A stretch of 64,000 nt of DNA, taken from assembly GCA_030682835.1 (NCBI GenBank), contig JAUXNG010000085.1, forward strand, positions 6,443-70,442, written 5' to 3'. Positions within the stretch are counted from its first letter, which is position 1, and every line of letters starts with the position of its first letter. Position numbers and translations under genes: made by a program. Below are positions 9,348 to 19,272 of this stretch, piece by piece. The notes beneath the pieces were generated by a model that saw only the letters and a program-made list of their open reading frames with translations, did not search any database and was not told the DNA's origin. Source of the stretch: Hydrogenophaga sp. GTDB lineage: Bacteria; Pseudomonadota; Gammaproteobacteria; Burkholderiales; Burkholderiaceae_C.

Positions 9348-10352
9348 TCAACGGTCCAGGCCGCCCAGGGCGTCGGCGGGATAGCCGGGGCGGGCACGGC
9401 AGTCGGCGATGTACTGCTCGATGATGGCCTTGAATGACGCATCGGGTTTCAGGCCGAGTGCAGCCGCGCGCTCGGCTGTGGCGCCACGGGCCCAGTTGCC
9501 TACGATGGCGGCGATGCGCTCGTCGCGCTCGAAGCGAACGCGCTGACGAACGTCAGGACCGGCCACCTCGGCCAGCGCGTCGAGCATGTCGCCCACGCGC
9601 ACGTTGAGGCCCGGCAGGTTCACCGCCAGGCGGCCACCCATGGCCTCGGGGCTGGCCTGGTAGACCGCGATCAGCCCAGCAATGGTGTTCGACGGGGAGG
9701 ACAGCGGGTGCGTCACATCGGGGTCAACCGGGCAGGTGGTTTCCACGCCGGCCAGCGGCTCGCGGATGATGCCGCTGAAGAAGGATGATGCTGCGCCGTT
9801 CGGCTTGCCCGGGCGCACCGCCACCGTCATGAGGCGCGCCGAGCGGCCGTCGACGAAGCCTTTGCGGGTGTAGTCGGCGATCAGGTACTCGCACATCAGT
9901 TTGTGCGTGCCGTACGAGGTCTGCGGCGAGGGCAGTGTGGTGTCGGTCACAAGCGCGGGCATGGGCTGGCCGTGCAGGGGGCCGAATACCGCCACCGAGC
10001 TGGCGAACACAAGCCGGGACACCTGGCCCGACTGGCGCAGGCCGTCGAGCAGGGCGCGCGTGCTGTCCACGTTCGAGCGCAGGCCGAGCTCGAAGTCCAG
10101 CTCGCATTCGCCCGAGACCGCCGAGGCCAGGTGGAACACGCCGTCGAAGCCGCTGGCAAACAGCGCGGTTTGCGAGAGCATGGGCCCCGTGTGGGTGGTC
10201 ACCCGGGCGTCGGCCAGCAGGTCGGCGGGAGGCGGAAACATGTCGGCAATCACCAGCTCGGTGAGGGCGCGGCCGTCCAGGCCGTGCTGAAGGATTTCGC
10301 GCGCGAGGCGGGCGCCGAGGAAACCGCCGCCGCCAGTCAGAAGGATTCGCAT
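9348..10352 (-). CDS. denD: D-erythronate dehydrogenase-like NAD-dependent epimerase/dehydratase (extended SDR)
   Basis: TGGGGFLG, FHLASAVSGECE, YGTHK, VRPGKPNGAASSFFSGIIREPL typical of DenD. Confidence 0.78.
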   Translation of the reverse strand: MRILLTGGGGFLGARLAREILQHGLDGRALTELVIADMFPPPADLLADARVTTHTGPMLSQTALFASGFDGVFHLASAVSGECELDFELGLRSNVDSTRALLDGLRQSGQVSRLVFASSVAVFGPLHGQPMPALVTDTTLPSPQTSYGTHKLMCEYLIADYTRKGFVDGRSARLMTVAVRPGKPNGAASSFFSGIIREPLAGVETTCPVDPDVTHPLSSPSNTIAGLIAVYQASPEAMGGRLAVNLPGLNVRVGDMLDALAEVAGPDVRQRVRFERDERIAAIVGNWARGATAERAAALGLKPDASFKAIIEQYIADCRARPGYPADALGGLDR

Positions 10353-10366
10353 GCCAGTCTTTCGGT

Positions 10367-12106
10367 TCAGTGGTTGTCTTTGGGAACGAAGGCGCCGCGC
10401 TGGCCGACCAGGAAGTCGAGGTCGGCGCCTTCGTCGGCCTGCAGCACGTGGTCGATGTAGAGCTTCCAGTAGCCTGAGTCCAGTGGTGGCTTGGGCGGGG
10501 TCCAGCCGGCCAGGCGGCTTTGCAGCTCGGCCTCGCTGACCTCCAGGTGCAGGCGCCGCTCGGGTACGTTGAGCTCGATCATGTCGCCGTTCTTCACCAC
10601 GGCCAGCGGACCACCGGCGGCGGCCTCGGGCGAGGTGTGCAACACCACCGTGCCGTAGGCGGTGCCGCTCATGCGCGCATCGCTGATGCGCACCATGTCG
10701 GTGATGCCCTTGCGCAGCACCTTGGGCGGCAGCGGCATGTTGCCGATCTCGGCCATGCCGGGATAGCCCTTGGGTCCGCAGTTTTTCAGCACCAGAATGC
10801 AGGTTTCGTCCACGTCCAGGCTTTCGTCATCGATACGGGCGTGGAAGTCTTCGCTGTCTTCAAACACGACGGCGCGGCCCCGGTGCACCAGCAGCTCGGG
10901 TGAGGCCGCGCTGGGCTTGATCACCGCGCCGCGCGGGGCCAGGTTGCCGCGCAGGATGGCGATGCCGGCCTTGTCCTTGAAGGGCTGCTCGAAGGTCTTG
11001 ATGACGCGGGGGTCGAAGTTCTGCGCATCGGCGATGTTCTCGGCCACGGTTTTGCCGGTCACGGTGACGATGTCTTTGTGCAGGAGATGCTCGATTTCCT
11101 TCATCACCACCGGCAGGCCGCCGGCATAGCAGAAGTCTTCCATCAGGTGCTCGCCCGAGGGCTGCAGGTTGAGCAGGCAGGGCATTTCGCTGCCCAGGCG
11201 GTCGAAATCGTCCACGCTCAGCGGGATGCCCAGGCGCCGTGCAATGGCGATCAGGTGGATCACGGCGTTGGTCGAGCCGCCGATGGCCGCCAGCGTGCGG
11301 ATGGCGTTCTCGAACGCTTCTGGCGTGAGCACCTGCGAGATGGTCTGGTCTTCATTGACCATCTCGACGATGCGCCGCCCGGCGTTGCGCGCCAGCACAT
11401 TGCGCCGGCCGTCCACGGCGGGGTAGGTGGCGTTCCCGGGCAGGCCGATGCCCAGCGCCTCGACCATGCTGGCCATGGTGCTGGCCGTGCCCATTGTCAT
11501 GCAGTGGCCGTGGCTGCGGTGCATGCAGCTCTCGGCCTCAAAAAAATCCTGCAGCTTGAGCGTGCCGGCGCGCACCTGCTCGCTCATGCTCCACACGCCG
11601 GTGCCCGAGCCGAGCTCCTGGCCGCGCCATTTGCCGTTGAGCATGGGGCCGCCCGAGACGCCAATGGTGGGAAGGCCTACGCTGGCAGCGCCCATCAGCA
11701 GTGAGGGGGTGGTCTTGTCGCAGCCCATGAGCAGCACCACACCGTCCAGCGGGTTGCCGCGGATGCTCTCTTCAACGTCCATGCTCGCAAGGTTGCGGTA
11801 GAGCATGGCGGTGGGGCGCAGCAGGGTCTCGCCCAGCGACATGACAGGGAACTCAAGTGGGAAGCCCCCAGCCTCATAAACACCAATCTTGACCTGCTCG
11901 GCCAGGGTGCGGAAATGGCTGTTGCACGGCGTGAGTTCGCTGAAGGTGTTGCAGATGCCGATGACCGGACGGCCATCGAACTGGTCATGGGGAACGCCCT
12001 TGCCCTTGACCCAGCTGCGGTACATGAAACCGTCGCGGTCCTGGCGGCCGAACCATTGCTGGCTGCGCAGCAGACGGGTCGGTTTTTTTGGGGGGGAATT
12101 GCTCAT
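10367..12106 (-). CDS. IlvD/Edd-family sugar-acid dehydratase (L-arabinonate/D-galactonate-type)
   Basis: LRSQQWFG, TPCNSH, GCDKTTP, GHCMTMGTASTM, GGSTN, GPKGYPGM, DARMSGT; GGAGAC RBS. Confidence 0.9.
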   Translation of the reverse strand: MSNSPPKKPTRLLRSQQWFGRQDRDGFMYRSWVKGKGVPHDQFDGRPVIGICNTFSELTPCNSHFRTLAEQVKIGVYEAGGFPLEFPVMSLGETLLRPTAMLYRNLASMDVEESIRGNPLDGVVLLMGCDKTTPSLLMGAASVGLPTIGVSGGPMLNGKWRGQELGSGTGVWSMSEQVRAGTLKLQDFFEAESCMHRSHGHCMTMGTASTMASMVEALGIGLPGNATYPAVDGRRNVLARNAGRRIVEMVNEDQTISQVLTPEAFENAIRTLAAIGGSTNAVIHLIAIARRLGIPLSVDDFDRLGSEMPCLLNLQPSGEHLMEDFCYAGGLPVVMKEIEHLLHKDIVTVTGKTVAENIADAQNFDPRVIKTFEQPFKDKAGIAILRGNLAPRGAVIKPSAASPELLVHRGRAVVFEDSEDFHARIDDESLDVDETCILVLKNCGPKGYPGMAEIGNMPLPPKVLRKGITDMVRISDARMSGTAYGTVVLHTSPEAAAGGPLAVVKNGDMIELNVPERRLHLEVSEAELQSRLAGWTPPKPPLDSGYWKLYIDHVLQADEGADLDFLVGQRGAFVPKDNH

Positions 12107-12162
12107 CTTGTCTCCGTGATCGTCGTGGCTGAGGGATTGTCGAGAAGCCGTTTTAGATGTTA

Positions 12163-12173
12163 TGGTAATACAA
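12163..12173. promoter_or_regulatory. Putative FadR/DgoR-like operator (TGGTAATACAA) in divergent promoter region
   Basis: TNGT-N3-ACNA pattern in an AT-rich patch between divergent operons. Confidence 0.45.
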
Positions 12174-12259
12174 TTGAAACGCGGTCGCAACGTCCTGATC
12201 CGGGCCCGGAACACGTCCTTTTACCATCCGTGGCCGCGCCACGATCCAGAGGAGACACC

Positions 12260-13225
12260 ATGAGCAAACCTTGCGTTCTGACAGCCGCTGCGCTGTCGCC
12301 CTACTATCTGGAGGGCCTCAAGGCCCTGGGTTACGAAGTGCTCGACCGCCTGCACGAAACCGACCCGCAAGCCTTCGCCCGGGAAGCGCCGCGCATACGG
12401 GCGGTGGCCGCTGCGGGTGACTCTACGGTCACTGCCGATCTCATCGCGCGCTTGCCAGCGCTGGAGGTGATTTCTGTCATGGGCGTGGGCTACGACGGCG
12501 TCGACCTGGCGGCGGCGCTACCGAGGGGTGTTGCTGTGGGGCACACGCCCGGCGTGCTCAACGATGACGTCGCCGATCTGGCCCTGGGGCTCATGCTGGC
12601 GGTCTCGCGTGGCCTCGTCAGTGCCGACGCGCATGTGCGTGCAGACCGCTGGCCGGCGGCCGGACGCCCCCTGCAGCGCAAGATGTCGGGTGCCCGTCTG
12701 GGCATCGTGGGCATGGGTCGCATCGGTCGCGCCATTGCGCAGCGCGCGCTGGCCTTTGGCATGTCGGTGGCTTACAACGCACGCCAGCGCAAAGACGACC
12801 TGCCCTGGGATTTCCATGCCGACGTGGCGAGCCTGGCCGAGCAGAGCGACTTTTTGGTCCTGATCACCCCTGGGGGTGCCGGCACCCACCACCTGATCGA
12901 CGCTCGCGTGCTGGCAGCGCTGGGGCCGAAGGGTTACCTCATCAACGTCGCACGTGGTTCGGTTGTGGACGAGGCGGCGCTGATCGATGCACTGGCCAAG
13001 GGTGTGATCGCCGGGGCCGGCCTGGATGTGTTCGAGCGCGAGCCCTCCGTGCCCGATGCCTTGTGGCAGATGGAGCAAGTGGTGCTCACGCCGCACATCG
13101 GCAGCGCCACCCACGAGACGCGCCGCGCCATGGCGGCCCTGGCCTGCGACAACCTGAACGCTCATCTACAAGGTCGACCCATGCCGGCACCAGTGCCTGA
13201 GTGGACCTCGCAGCAACGCCGATAA
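12260..13225 (+). CDS. D-isomer-specific 2-hydroxyacid dehydrogenase
   Basis: GVGYD, GMGRIG, INVARGSVVDE, GLDVFEREP, TPHIGSAT; GAGGAGAC RBS. Confidence 0.92.
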   Translation: MSKPCVLTAAALSPYYLEGLKALGYEVLDRLHETDPQAFAREAPRIRAVAAAGDSTVTADLIARLPALEVISVMGVGYDGVDLAAALPRGVAVGHTPGVLNDDVADLALGLMLAVSRGLVSADAHVRADRWPAAGRPLQRKMSGARLGIVGMGRIGRAIAQRALAFGMSVAYNARQRKDDLPWDFHADVASLAEQSDFLVLITPGGAGTHHLIDARVLAALGPKGYLINVARGSVVDEAALIDALAKGVIAGAGLDVFEREPSVPDALWQMEQVVLTPHIGSATHETRRAMAALACDNLNAHLQGRPMPAPVPEWTSQQRR

Positions 13226-13267
13226 GGGTTTTCTCGGGGGACTGCCACACTTGTGGCGAACATCGTA

Positions 13268-13278
13268 TCGTCATACCA
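13268..13278. promoter_or_regulatory. Putative autoregulatory FadR-type operator (TCGTCATACCA)
   Basis: TNGT-N3-ACNA pattern just upstream of the regulator gene. Confidence 0.4.
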
Positions 13279-13301
13279 TTGAGCGCTTCATGAAACTGCA
13301 C

Positions 13302-14120
13302 ATGATCAAGAACGTCCACGGCAACACAGTCGATCTGCTGGGTGAAGCCATCGTGTCTGGCCACTACGCGCCGGGAGCCTCGCTGCCGCCGGAACCCGTT
13401 CTGGGCGAGGAGCTGGGCGTCAGTCGTACTGTGGTGCGCGAGGCCATCAAGTCCCTGATTGCCAAGGGTCTGGTGACCACCGGGCCGAAAGTGGGTACAC
13501 GGGTCCAGCCCGAAGATCAGTGGAACTGGTTCGACTCCGACGTCATCACCTGGCGCTCCAAGGCCGGGATCACACCTGAGTTCCTGCGCGACGTTCAGGA
13601 CCTTCGGCAGATTGTGGAGCCCGCTGCCGTGCGTCTGGCCGCGCAGCGCGCCACGCCGCAAGACATTGCTGCCATGGAAGAGGCCTTTGCGGGCATGGAT
13701 CGCGCACTGCGCACCGGGGGGGATTACGTCACGCACGACCTGCTGTTTCATCAGGGACTGCTGCGGGCCGCAGATAACCGGTTGCTGTTGCACATGAGCC
13801 GCATCCTGAGTGCTCTGTTGCGTACCAGTTTTGAGCTCTCGACTTTGAAGAAGGATGGTCCGCTGCGCTCGTTGCCGCTGCACCGCGCGGTTCTGGATGC
13901 GGTGGCTGACGGCGATCCTGAGCGCGCCGAGCGCGCCATCCGGGTCCTGATCGATGGTGCCCACCAGGACATTCAGGAGGTCCTGAATCCCAAGCGGAAG
14001 ACCAAAGCCGCCAAGACAGTCAAGCCCGTCAGGGCCTCCCGCAACAGTGCGCCAGATCGGGCGGTCAAGCCGGTAGAGGCGAGCGAGACCCACTCGCGCC
14101 GCCAGCGCGTGGTGGACTGA
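13302..14120 (+). CDS. FadR/GntR-family transcriptional regulator (DgoR-like)
   Basis: wHTH LPPE..LGVSRTVVREAIKSL..KGL..GPKVGTRV, WNWFD, FCD domain; alternative start at 13290. Confidence 0.9.
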   Translation: MIKNVHGNTVDLLGEAIVSGHYAPGASLPPEPVLGEELGVSRTVVREAIKSLIAKGLVTTGPKVGTRVQPEDQWNWFDSDVITWRSKAGITPEFLRDVQDLRQIVEPAAVRLAAQRATPQDIAAMEEAFAGMDRALRTGGDYVTHDLLFHQGLLRAADNRLLLHMSRILSALLRTSFELSTLKKDGPLRSLPLHRAVLDAVADGDPERAERAIRVLIDGAHQDIQEVLNPKRKTKAAKTVKPVRASRNSAPDRAVKPVEASETHSRRQRVVD

Positions 14121-14142
14121 ACCCGCTCTCTCTTCTCACCCC

Positions 14143-14688
14143 ATGCAAAAACTGATCGACTGGTATTTCCGCGCCCTTGAGCTGCTCATTGTCGTGGCCA
14201 TGGTCGCGATGGTGTTCATGGTTTTTGGCAATGTGGTGCTGCGCTACGGCTTCAACTCCGGCATCGACATTTCCGAGGAGATGTCGCGCTACTGCTTCAT
14301 CTGGCTGACCTACATCGGCGCCATGGTCGCCATGCGCGACAAGGCGCATGTGGGCGTGGACATCGTCATCAAAGCCCTGCCGCGCCTGGGCAAGCAGGTG
14401 TGCCTGTTCCTGAGCGAGTCGCTGATGCTGATGATCAACGTGCTGTTCTTCATTGGTACCTGGAAGATGCACGAACTGCAGGTCACCAACGTTTCTGTGG
14501 TGGTCGGGCTGTCCATGATCTGGATCTATGGCATCGGCTACGTGGTCAGCGTGGTCATGGCCCTCATCAACCTGCGCGTGCTCTACGAGCTCTTCACCGG
14601 TACGCTGCCCGATGCCGACCTGCTGCAGGTCGAGGAGGCGGCTGACGCGATCGAAGCGCAAGCCGAACTCAAGAGCATGAAGGGCTGA
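14143..14688 (+). CDS. dctQ: TRAP transporter small permease (DctQ)
   Basis: VVLRYGFN, SEEMSRYCFIWLTYIGA, HVGVD. Confidence 0.92.
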   Translation: MQKLIDWYFRALELLIVVAMVAMVFMVFGNVVLRYGFNSGIDISEEMSRYCFIWLTYIGAMVAMRDKAHVGVDIVIKALPRLGKQVCLFLSESLMLMINVLFFIGTWKMHELQVTNVSVVVGLSMIWIYGIGYVVSVVMALINLRVLYELFTGTLPDADLLQVEEAADAIEAQAELKSMKG

Positions 14689-14691
14689 GCC

Positions 14692-15990
14692 ATGACGATC
14701 GCGGTGTTTGTCCTCAGTCTCCTCGGTGGCATGGCCATCGGCATGCCCATCGCCTACGCCCTGCTGCTGTGCGGCGTGGTGCTGATGACCTTCCTGGGCG
14801 CCACCAGCAACGTGGTGTCCTTCGACAGCCAGATCCTGGCGCAGCGCTTTGTGGACGGCGCTGACAGCTTCGCCCTGCTGGCCGTGCCCTTCTTCGTGCT
14901 GGCCGGCGAATTCATGAATGCAGGCGGCCTGAGCCGGCGGATCATCAACCTGGCCATGGCATGGGTCGGCCACTTCCGGGGAGGGCTGGGGTATGTGGCG
15001 GTGATGGCCGCCATCATCATGGCCTCGCTTTCGGGCTCGGCCGTGGCCGACACGGCTGCGCTGGCCACGCTGCTCATCCCCATGATGCGCAACGCAGGCT
15101 ACAACGTCGGCCGCTCCGCAGGCCTGATCGCCGCCGGCGGCATCATCGCGCCCATCATCCCGCCCTCGATCGGCCTGATCGTTTTTGGTGTGGCCGGCAA
15201 CGTGTCGATCACCAAGCTTTTCCTCGCGGGCATCGTGCCGGGCATCCTGATGGGCGTGGCCATCGCGATCGCCTGGTGGCTGGTGTCAAAGCGCGAAAAC
15301 GTGCCCATGCAGCCACCCATGCCCATGGCTGAACGCCTGAGATACACGGGCGAAGGCCTGCTGGCACTGGCTTTGCCGGTCATCATCATCGGCGGCATGA
15401 AGATGGGCGTGTTCACGCCCACCGAGGCGGCGGTGGTGGCCGCGGTGTTCAGCTTCGTGGTGGGCATGTTTGTTTACCGCGAACTCAAATGGAACAAGCT
15501 CTACGGGCTGATCCTGTCCGCGGGCAAAACCACCGCTGTGGTCATGTTCCTGGTGGCCGCGGCCATGGTCAGCGCCTGGCTGATCACGGTGGCCAACATC
15601 CCTTCGCAAGTGGTTGACCTGCTTGAGCCATTGCTGGACAGCCCGACCCTGCTGATGCTGGTGATGATGGTGGTGATCGTCATTGTGGGCACCGCGCTGG
15701 ACTTCACGCCCACCGTGCTGATCCTCACACCGGTGCTCATGCCCGTGGTGCTCAAGGCCGGCATCGACCCGGTGTACTTCGGTGTGCTGTTCATCATGAA
15801 CAACGCCATCGGCCTGATCACTCCGCCTGTGGGCAACGTGCTCAACGTCATCTGCGGCGTGGCCAAGATTGGCCTGGACCAGGCCTTCAAAGGCGTGCTG
15901 CCCTTCCTGATCGCCCATCTGGTGGTGCTGTTCGCCCTTGTGCTTTTCCCCGAAATCGTCACCGTGCCGCTGCAGTGGTGGATGCGTTGA
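14692..15990 (+). CDS. dctM: TRAP transporter large permease (DctM)
   Basis: AVPFFVLAGEFM, SGSAVAD, IIPPSI, FTPTEAA, GIDPVYFG, ITPPVG. Confidence 0.95.
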   Translation: MTIAVFVLSLLGGMAIGMPIAYALLLCGVVLMTFLGATSNVVSFDSQILAQRFVDGADSFALLAVPFFVLAGEFMNAGGLSRRIINLAMAWVGHFRGGLGYVAVMAAIIMASLSGSAVADTAALATLLIPMMRNAGYNVGRSAGLIAAGGIIAPIIPPSIGLIVFGVAGNVSITKLFLAGIVPGILMGVAIAIAWWLVSKRENVPMQPPMPMAERLRYTGEGLLALALPVIIIGGMKMGVFTPTEAAVVAAVFSFVVGMFVYRELKWNKLYGLILSAGKTTAVVMFLVAAAMVSAWLITVANIPSQVVDLLEPLLDSPTLLMLVMMVVIVIVGTALDFTPTVLILTPVLMPVVLKAGIDPVYFGVLFIMNNAIGLITPPVGNVLNVICGVAKIGLDQAFKGVLPFLIAHLVVLFALVLFPEIVTVPLQWWMR

Positions 15991-16024
15991 CGGTTTTCTT
16001 TTGCCAACCGACCAGGAGACAACC

Positions 16025-17035
16025 ATGATGAAAAGACGTGCCGTGACAGGCTTGATTGCTGGAGCTGCCCTGCTGGCGAGCACCGGCGCATTCGCGCAGT
16101 TCGCCGAGCGCACCATCAAGTTCACCAACGGTGTCGCCGCCGACCACCCGGTGGCCGACGGTGTGCGCCGCATGCAGGAAGTGCTGGACGCCAAGACTGG
16201 CGGCAAGATCAAGATCAATGCCTTCTGGGGCGGCTCCGCCGGCGGAGACCTGCAGGCCACACAGGCGCTGCGCGCGGGCACGCAGGAGATGGTCTGCACC
16301 TCCAGCTCGCCGCTGGTGGGCATCATCAAGGAACTGGGCGTGTTCGACCTGCCTTTCCTGTTCGCCAACGAAAAGGAGGCCGATGCGGTGCTCGACGGCG
16401 CGGCCGGTGAGTACTTCAACAAGCGCCTGGAAGCTGTGGGCCTGGTGAACCTGGCCTACTGGGAGAACGGATTCCGCAACCTGACCAACAGCAAGCGCCC
16501 GGTGGCCAAGGTCGAAGACTTTGGCGGTGTGAAGGTGCGGGTGATGCAGAACAACATCTTCCTCGACACCTTCAAGACCCTTGGCACCAATGCCGTGCCC
16601 ATGGCTTTTGGCGAGGTGTTCACGGCGCTTGAAACCAAGACCATCGACGGCCAGGAAAATCCCTTCGTCACCATTGACACGTCCAAGTTCTACGAGGTGC
16701 AGAAGTACCTGAGCGTCACGCGCCACGCCTACACGCCCTTTCTGATCCTCTACAGCAAGAAGCTGTGGGACCAGCTGAGTCCGGCGGAGCAGGCGGTGCT
16801 GCGTGAAGCCGCGATTGAAGGCCGCAAGGCGCAGCGTGCGTCCATCCGCGCCCAGAGCGACAAGGCGTTGGCCGGCCTGAAGACCAAGGGCATGCAGGTC
16901 AACGAGATCAGCCCTGCCGAGCAGAAGCGCATGTTCGAGAAAGTCAAGCCGGTGTACGACAAGCACCAGGAGAGCATCGGACCGGAGGCCATCAACGTGG
17001 TCTTCGACGCGCTCAAAAAGGTGCGGGGCGGCTGA
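16025..17035 (+). CDS. dctP: TRAP transporter substrate-binding protein (DctP family)
   Basis: Signal peptide, WENGFRN, KVRVM, IDGQENP, KFYEVQKY; AGGAGAC RBS. Confidence 0.93.
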   Translation: MMKRRAVTGLIAGAALLASTGAFAQFAERTIKFTNGVAADHPVADGVRRMQEVLDAKTGGKIKINAFWGGSAGGDLQATQALRAGTQEMVCTSSSPLVGIIKELGVFDLPFLFANEKEADAVLDGAAGEYFNKRLEAVGLVNLAYWENGFRNLTNSKRPVAKVEDFGGVKVRVMQNNIFLDTFKTLGTNAVPMAFGEVFTALETKTIDGQENPFVTIDTSKFYEVQKYLSVTRHAYTPFLILYSKKLWDQLSPAEQAVLREAAIEGRKAQRASIRAQSDKALAGLKTKGMQVNEISPAEQKRMFEKVKPVYDKHQESIGPEAINVVFDALKKVRGG

Positions 17036-17048
17036 TCCCGACCTGACC

Positions 17049-17081
17049 GGGCCGCAGGGCATTGCCTTGCGGCCCTTTTTT
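17049..17081 (+). terminator. Rho-independent terminator after TRAP operon 2
   Basis: GGGCCGCAGGGC/GCCTTGCGGCCC stem followed by T6. Confidence 0.8.
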
Positions 17082-17104
17082 CATGGCTCAACCATTTTGA
17101 CCTC

Positions 17105-18043
17105 ATGATTGCTTTCCCTCACCATCCGCAACCCGGCTACCGTGGCGTGTTTCCCGTGGTGCCCACCACCTTCATGGCCAGCGGCGAGGTCGACCTGCAG
17201 AGCCAGCGCCGGTGCGTGGACTTCATGATCGACGCGGGCTCCAACGGCCTGTGCATCCTGGCCAACTTCTCCGAGCAGTTCGCCCTGTCCGACGACGAAC
17301 GCGAAACACTCACGCGGGCCATCCTGGAACACGTCGGCGGCCGGGTGCCGGTGATCGTGACCACCACCCATTTTTCGTCGGCGGTGTGCGCCGCGCGCAG
17401 CCGCCGGGCCCAGGACATGGGCGCTGCCATGGTGATGGTGATGCCGCCCTACCACGGTGCCACGCTGCGCGTGCCCGAGGCCCGCATCGCCGAGTTCTAT
17501 CGGGCCGTTTCCGACGCCATTGACATCCCGATCATGGTGCAGGACGCGCCCGTCAGCGGCACGCCGATGTCGGCCGCTTTCCTGGCGCGACTGGCGCGCG
17601 AGATCGAGCATCTGGCCTATTTCAAGATCGAGACCCCAGGTGCGGCCGCGAAGCTGCGCGAACTGATCGCACTCGGCGGCGAGGCTATCGAAGGCCCCTG
17701 GGACGGGGAGGAGGGGATCACCCTGCTGGCAGACCTGGACGCTGGCGCGACCGGCGCCATGACCGGCGGCGGCTTCCCCGACGGCATGCGCTCTATCGTC
17801 GACCCCTATCTGGCGGGCGACCGCGAAGCGGCTGTGGCCGCCTATGCGCGCTGGCTGCCGCTGATCAATGCCGAGAACCGCCAGGGCGGTATCCAGACCG
17901 CCAAGACACTCATGCAGGCTGGCGGCGTGATTGTCTGCGACACCATGCGCCACCCATTCCCGAACATGCACCCGGCCACACGCGAGGGCCTGCTCGACAT
18001 GGCCCGCCGGCTTGACCCGCTGGTCCTGCGCTGGAGCCGCTGA
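17105..18043 (+). CDS. DHDPS-like protein, probable L-2-keto-3-deoxyarabinonate dehydratase
   Basis: GVFPVVPTTF, ILANFSEQF, MPPYHGAT, QDAPVSGT, YFKIET, GPWDGEE match the L-KDA dehydratase subgroup. Confidence 0.82.
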   Translation: MIAFPHHPQPGYRGVFPVVPTTFMASGEVDLQSQRRCVDFMIDAGSNGLCILANFSEQFALSDDERETLTRAILEHVGGRVPVIVTTTHFSSAVCAARSRRAQDMGAAMVMVMPPYHGATLRVPEARIAEFYRAVSDAIDIPIMVQDAPVSGTPMSAAFLARLAREIEHLAYFKIETPGAAAKLRELIALGGEAIEGPWDGEEGITLLADLDAGATGAMTGGGFPDGMRSIVDPYLAGDREAAVAAYARWLPLINAENRQGGIQTAKTLMQAGGVIVCDTMRHPFPNMHPATREGLLDMARRLDPLVLRWSR

Positions 18044-18059
18044 ACCGGAGACCGCCGCG

Positions 18060-19256
18060 ATGAAGATCACCCAAGTCGAGACCCTGCGCCTGGGCGAGTT
18101 TCCCAACATCATCTGGGTGCGGCTGCACACCGACGAGGGCCTGGTGGGTCTGGGAGAAACCTTCATGGGGGCGGCTGCGGTGGAGGCCTATGTGCATGAG
18201 TGGGTCGCGCCACAGCTGATGGGCAAGGATCCACTGGCGATTGAAGCGCGCAACCGCGAACTCACCGGCTACCTGGGATGGCGCGGGTCCGGCGTGGAGA
18301 CCCGCGGCAACTCGGCGGTGGACATTGCGTTGTGGGACATCTTCGGCCAGGCTGCGGGCATGCCGCTGCACACCGCGCTGGGCGGGCGCTCTCGTGACTC
18401 GATCCGCATCTACAACACCTGCGCCGGCTACCAGTACGTGCGCGACAGCACCAACCAGACCTCGTCCAACTGGGGGCTGGGCAACGCACAAGGCCCTTAT
18501 GAGGACCTGCAGGGTTTCTTGCACCACGCGGATGAGCTGGCCGAGTCGTTGCTGTCCGAAGGCATCACGGCCATGAAAATCTGGCCATTCGACATGGCAG
18601 CCGAGCAGAGCCACGGCCAGTACATCAGCCCGGCCGACCTGGACCGCGCCCTCGAGCCCTTTCGCAAGATTCGCAGCGCCGTGGGCGATCGCATGGACAT
18701 CATGGTGGAGTTCCACAGTCTGTGGCGCCTGCCGATGGCGCGCAAGATCGCCCGCGCGCTTGAGCCCTTCAACACCTTCTGGCACGAAGACGCGATCCGC
18801 ATGGACAGCCTGGACCTGCTCAGGGCCTATGCCGCCGACTGCAAAACCCTGGTCTGTGCCAGTGAAACGCTCAGCTACAAATGGGGCTTCAAGGATTACC
18901 TGCAGACCGGCGTGGCTGGCGTGGTGATGCTGGACCTGAGCTGGTGCGGCGGCCTGAGCGAGGCGCGCAAGATAGCCGCCATGGCCGACGCCTGGCAGCT
19001 GCCGGTGGCGCCCCACGACTGCACTGGCCCGGTGGTCTGGGCCGCGTCCACCCACCTCTCGCTGCACGCGCCCAACGCCCTCATCCAGGAAAGCGTGCGC
19101 GCCTTCTACAGCGGCTGGTACCGTGAGCTGGTGACCGAATTGCCCATCGTCGAGAACGGCAGCATCCGCCTGAACGACAAGCCCGGACTGGGCCTTCAGT
19201 TGCTGCCTGACCTGCACCACCGCGCCGACGCCGTGCAGCGTGTGGCCAAACGCTGA
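18060..19256 (+). CDS. Mandelate racemase/muconate lactonizing enzyme (enolase superfamily), probable acid-sugar dehydratase
   Basis: [33 protein letters not shown] metal-ligand segments, PVAPHDC, PGLG. Confidence 0.88.
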   Translation: MKITQVETLRLGEFPNIIWVRLHTDEGLVGLGETFMGAAAVEAYVHEWVAPQLMGKDPLAIEARNRELTGYLGWRGSGVETRGNSAVDIALWDIFGQAAGMPLHTALGGRSRDSIRIYNTCAGYQYVRDSTNQTSSNWGLGNAQGPYEDLQGFLHHADELAESLLSEGITAMKIWPFDMAAEQSHGQYISPADLDRALEPFRKIRSAVGDRMDIMVEFHSLWRLPMARKIARALEPFNTFWHEDAIRMDSLDLLRAYAADCKTLVCASETLSYKWGFKDYLQTGVAGVVMLDLSWCGGLSEARKIAAMADAWQLPVAPHDCTGPVVWAASTHLSLHAPNALIQESVRAFYSGWYRELVTELPIVENGSIRLNDKPGLGLQLLPDLHHRADAVQRVAKR

Positions 19257-19272
19257 ATTCCCCGGAGCCGTC

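Noticed and set aside
17105-18043. dapA (lysine biosynthesis)
   Set aside because: Lacks the GTTGE motif (has ANFSE) and lies in a sugar-acid context
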